A stretch of 64,000 bases of DNA from Vicugna vicugna. Taxonomy: Eukaryota. The DNA lies in NCBI GenBank assembly GCA_013265495.1, contig MU058423.1, forward strand, positions 4,820,793-4,884,792, written 5' to 3'. Under the pieces are notes generated by a model. The model was not told the origin of the DNA. It searched no databases and was given only the letters and a program-made list of their open reading frames with translations. This document shows, in pieces, positions 63,011 to 64,000 of this stretch (position 1 is its first letter; each line of letters begins with the position of its first letter). Both the position numbers and the translations under genes were made by a program.

Positions 63011-63895
63011 AATTGCTGCTGGGAAAACTGGACAGCTACTTGTAAAAGACTGAAATTAGAAAATGTATTATTTTAAAATAAAAAGGACAACCAATCTACA
63101 CGTAACATCACAGACTCTTCAACCACAAGAAAAATCTCTACTTGTTGAGAGAGTTTTATTTATTTATCCCGTAAATATTGCGTTCACTGCAGTGTGGCAG
63201 TATTTCCCCTGTAAACAGCTACGTTATTACTATTCAAGAGGAGCACAATGATTACGACCATCATGACCTGGGACCAGGCTGTGCGAACAGTAACCGCAAA
63301 AGAAAAGCTTTAAGTTCTTATGTTGCCATTGAGAACCGATAGGGGTTTCTGTTCTGTTTTTCCTTAAAGTGCTCTATTGTACTTTGAACCCTGAAGATGA
63401 AACTGTGGCTTTCACAAAACTATCGAGAGGCACACACAGTTGCATACGCACAAACACATACGCAAATACTCCTGAGATTCCCTCAATTGTTTTTTCAACC
63501 TAAGAAAAACCTTGCGTAAGATCAGAAGTAGACAGTGCAGTAGGAGTTCAAAAGAAAGGCACATCAAGGAAACACTCTGTGTAATTGCAGACAAACAATT
63601 CTGGGAGTTGGCTTGCACAGGACTGGCTGTTACAGTATTTTCTTGATGGTGAATATGTCAAAGTTTCTTCCAATTCTGACTGACTTGAAGTACCTTTGGA
63701 TACATATCAATCTAATTCAATTTATTGCTCCATAAAAGTATTTTTACCGATTATAAGAAAGAGGAGACATAACTGAAACATCAATGATTTCTGAGATTAG
63801 AATCTCTTGACCCAGATTGATTCATCTTGAGTATGACCTATTTGAATCCGATTTATCGTGAATTCAATAGATCTGACTTTTCTTAATGACTCATG

Positions 63896-64000
63896 TTTAT
63901 TTATTTGATTTATTTATTTAAATGGAGGTTCTGGGGATTGAACCCAGGAACTCCTGCATGCTACGCATGTGCTTTACCCCTGAGCTATATCTCTTCCCCC
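63896..64000 (-). mobile_element. Vic-1-type tRNA-derived SINE (camelid)
   Basis: Reverse complement 'gggggaagagatatagctcaggggtaaagcacatgcgtagcatgcaggagttcctgggttcaatccccagaacctccatttaaataaataaat' has an A box (tagctcagggg), a B box (ggttcaatccc) and a (TAAA)n tail. Confidence 0.85.

Larger units (their letters stand above)
61878..63062 (-). mobile_element. Artiodactyl/camelid L1: ORF2 C-terminus plus 3' UTR, with an inverted 5' segment (63011-63062)
   Basis: 3' UTR matches the other L1 ends in the window ('aatttatcccttcccacccc...ggtaaccataag'). ORF2 peptides are read on the minus strand, and the short segment [16 protein letters not shown] on the plus strand. Confidence 0.93.

Noticed and set aside
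61771..63075. aaatgtattgttt (about 61773) and aaatgtattattt (63061) as a TSD of the inverted L1
   Set aside because: The left copy sits inside the older L1M fragment about 90 bp from the young L1, with no intervening poly-T. Likely coincidence in AT-rich DNA.
63920..64000. tRNA gene
   Set aside because: The tRNA-like head runs into a (TAAA)n tail and has a degenerate cloverleaf; it is a SINE.
1..64000. CRISPR arrays, prokaryotic operons, CpG-island promoter or a novel multi-gene system
   Set aside because: The sequence is CpG-depleted mammalian DNA with no regularly spaced repeat-spacer array, no gene-dense region and no CpG island.

Overview
This is AT-rich mammalian non-coding DNA (intronic or intergenic), dominated by interspersed repeats. 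A tRNA-derived Vic-1-type SINE at the right end and artiodactyl-type L1 3' ends point to a camelid genome (alpaca, llama or camel). There is no intact protein-coding gene, RNA gene, CRISPR array or CpG island. The only ORF with recognisable homology is a disrupted L1 ORF2 C-terminus at about 62.2-63.06 kb. Ancient L2, MIR, MaLR (MLT1), MER21, MER34 and MER31/67-type LTRs and hAT-Charlie/Tigger DNA transposon fossils are abundant. The best non-repeat signals are an isolated 85-nt minus-strand exon candidate (7856-7940) and several repeat-free, homeobox-motif-rich blocks that may be conserved enhancers. Structural points of note are two independently inserted solo LTRs of one family facing each other 6.2 kb apart, an L1 with a twin-priming 5' inversion, and a probable false duplication around a 60-N assembly gap. 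I found no support for a novel biological system. Repeat family names come from recalled consensus sequences, and boundaries without a TSD or TIR are approximate; RepeatMasker/Dfam would be needed to confirm them.
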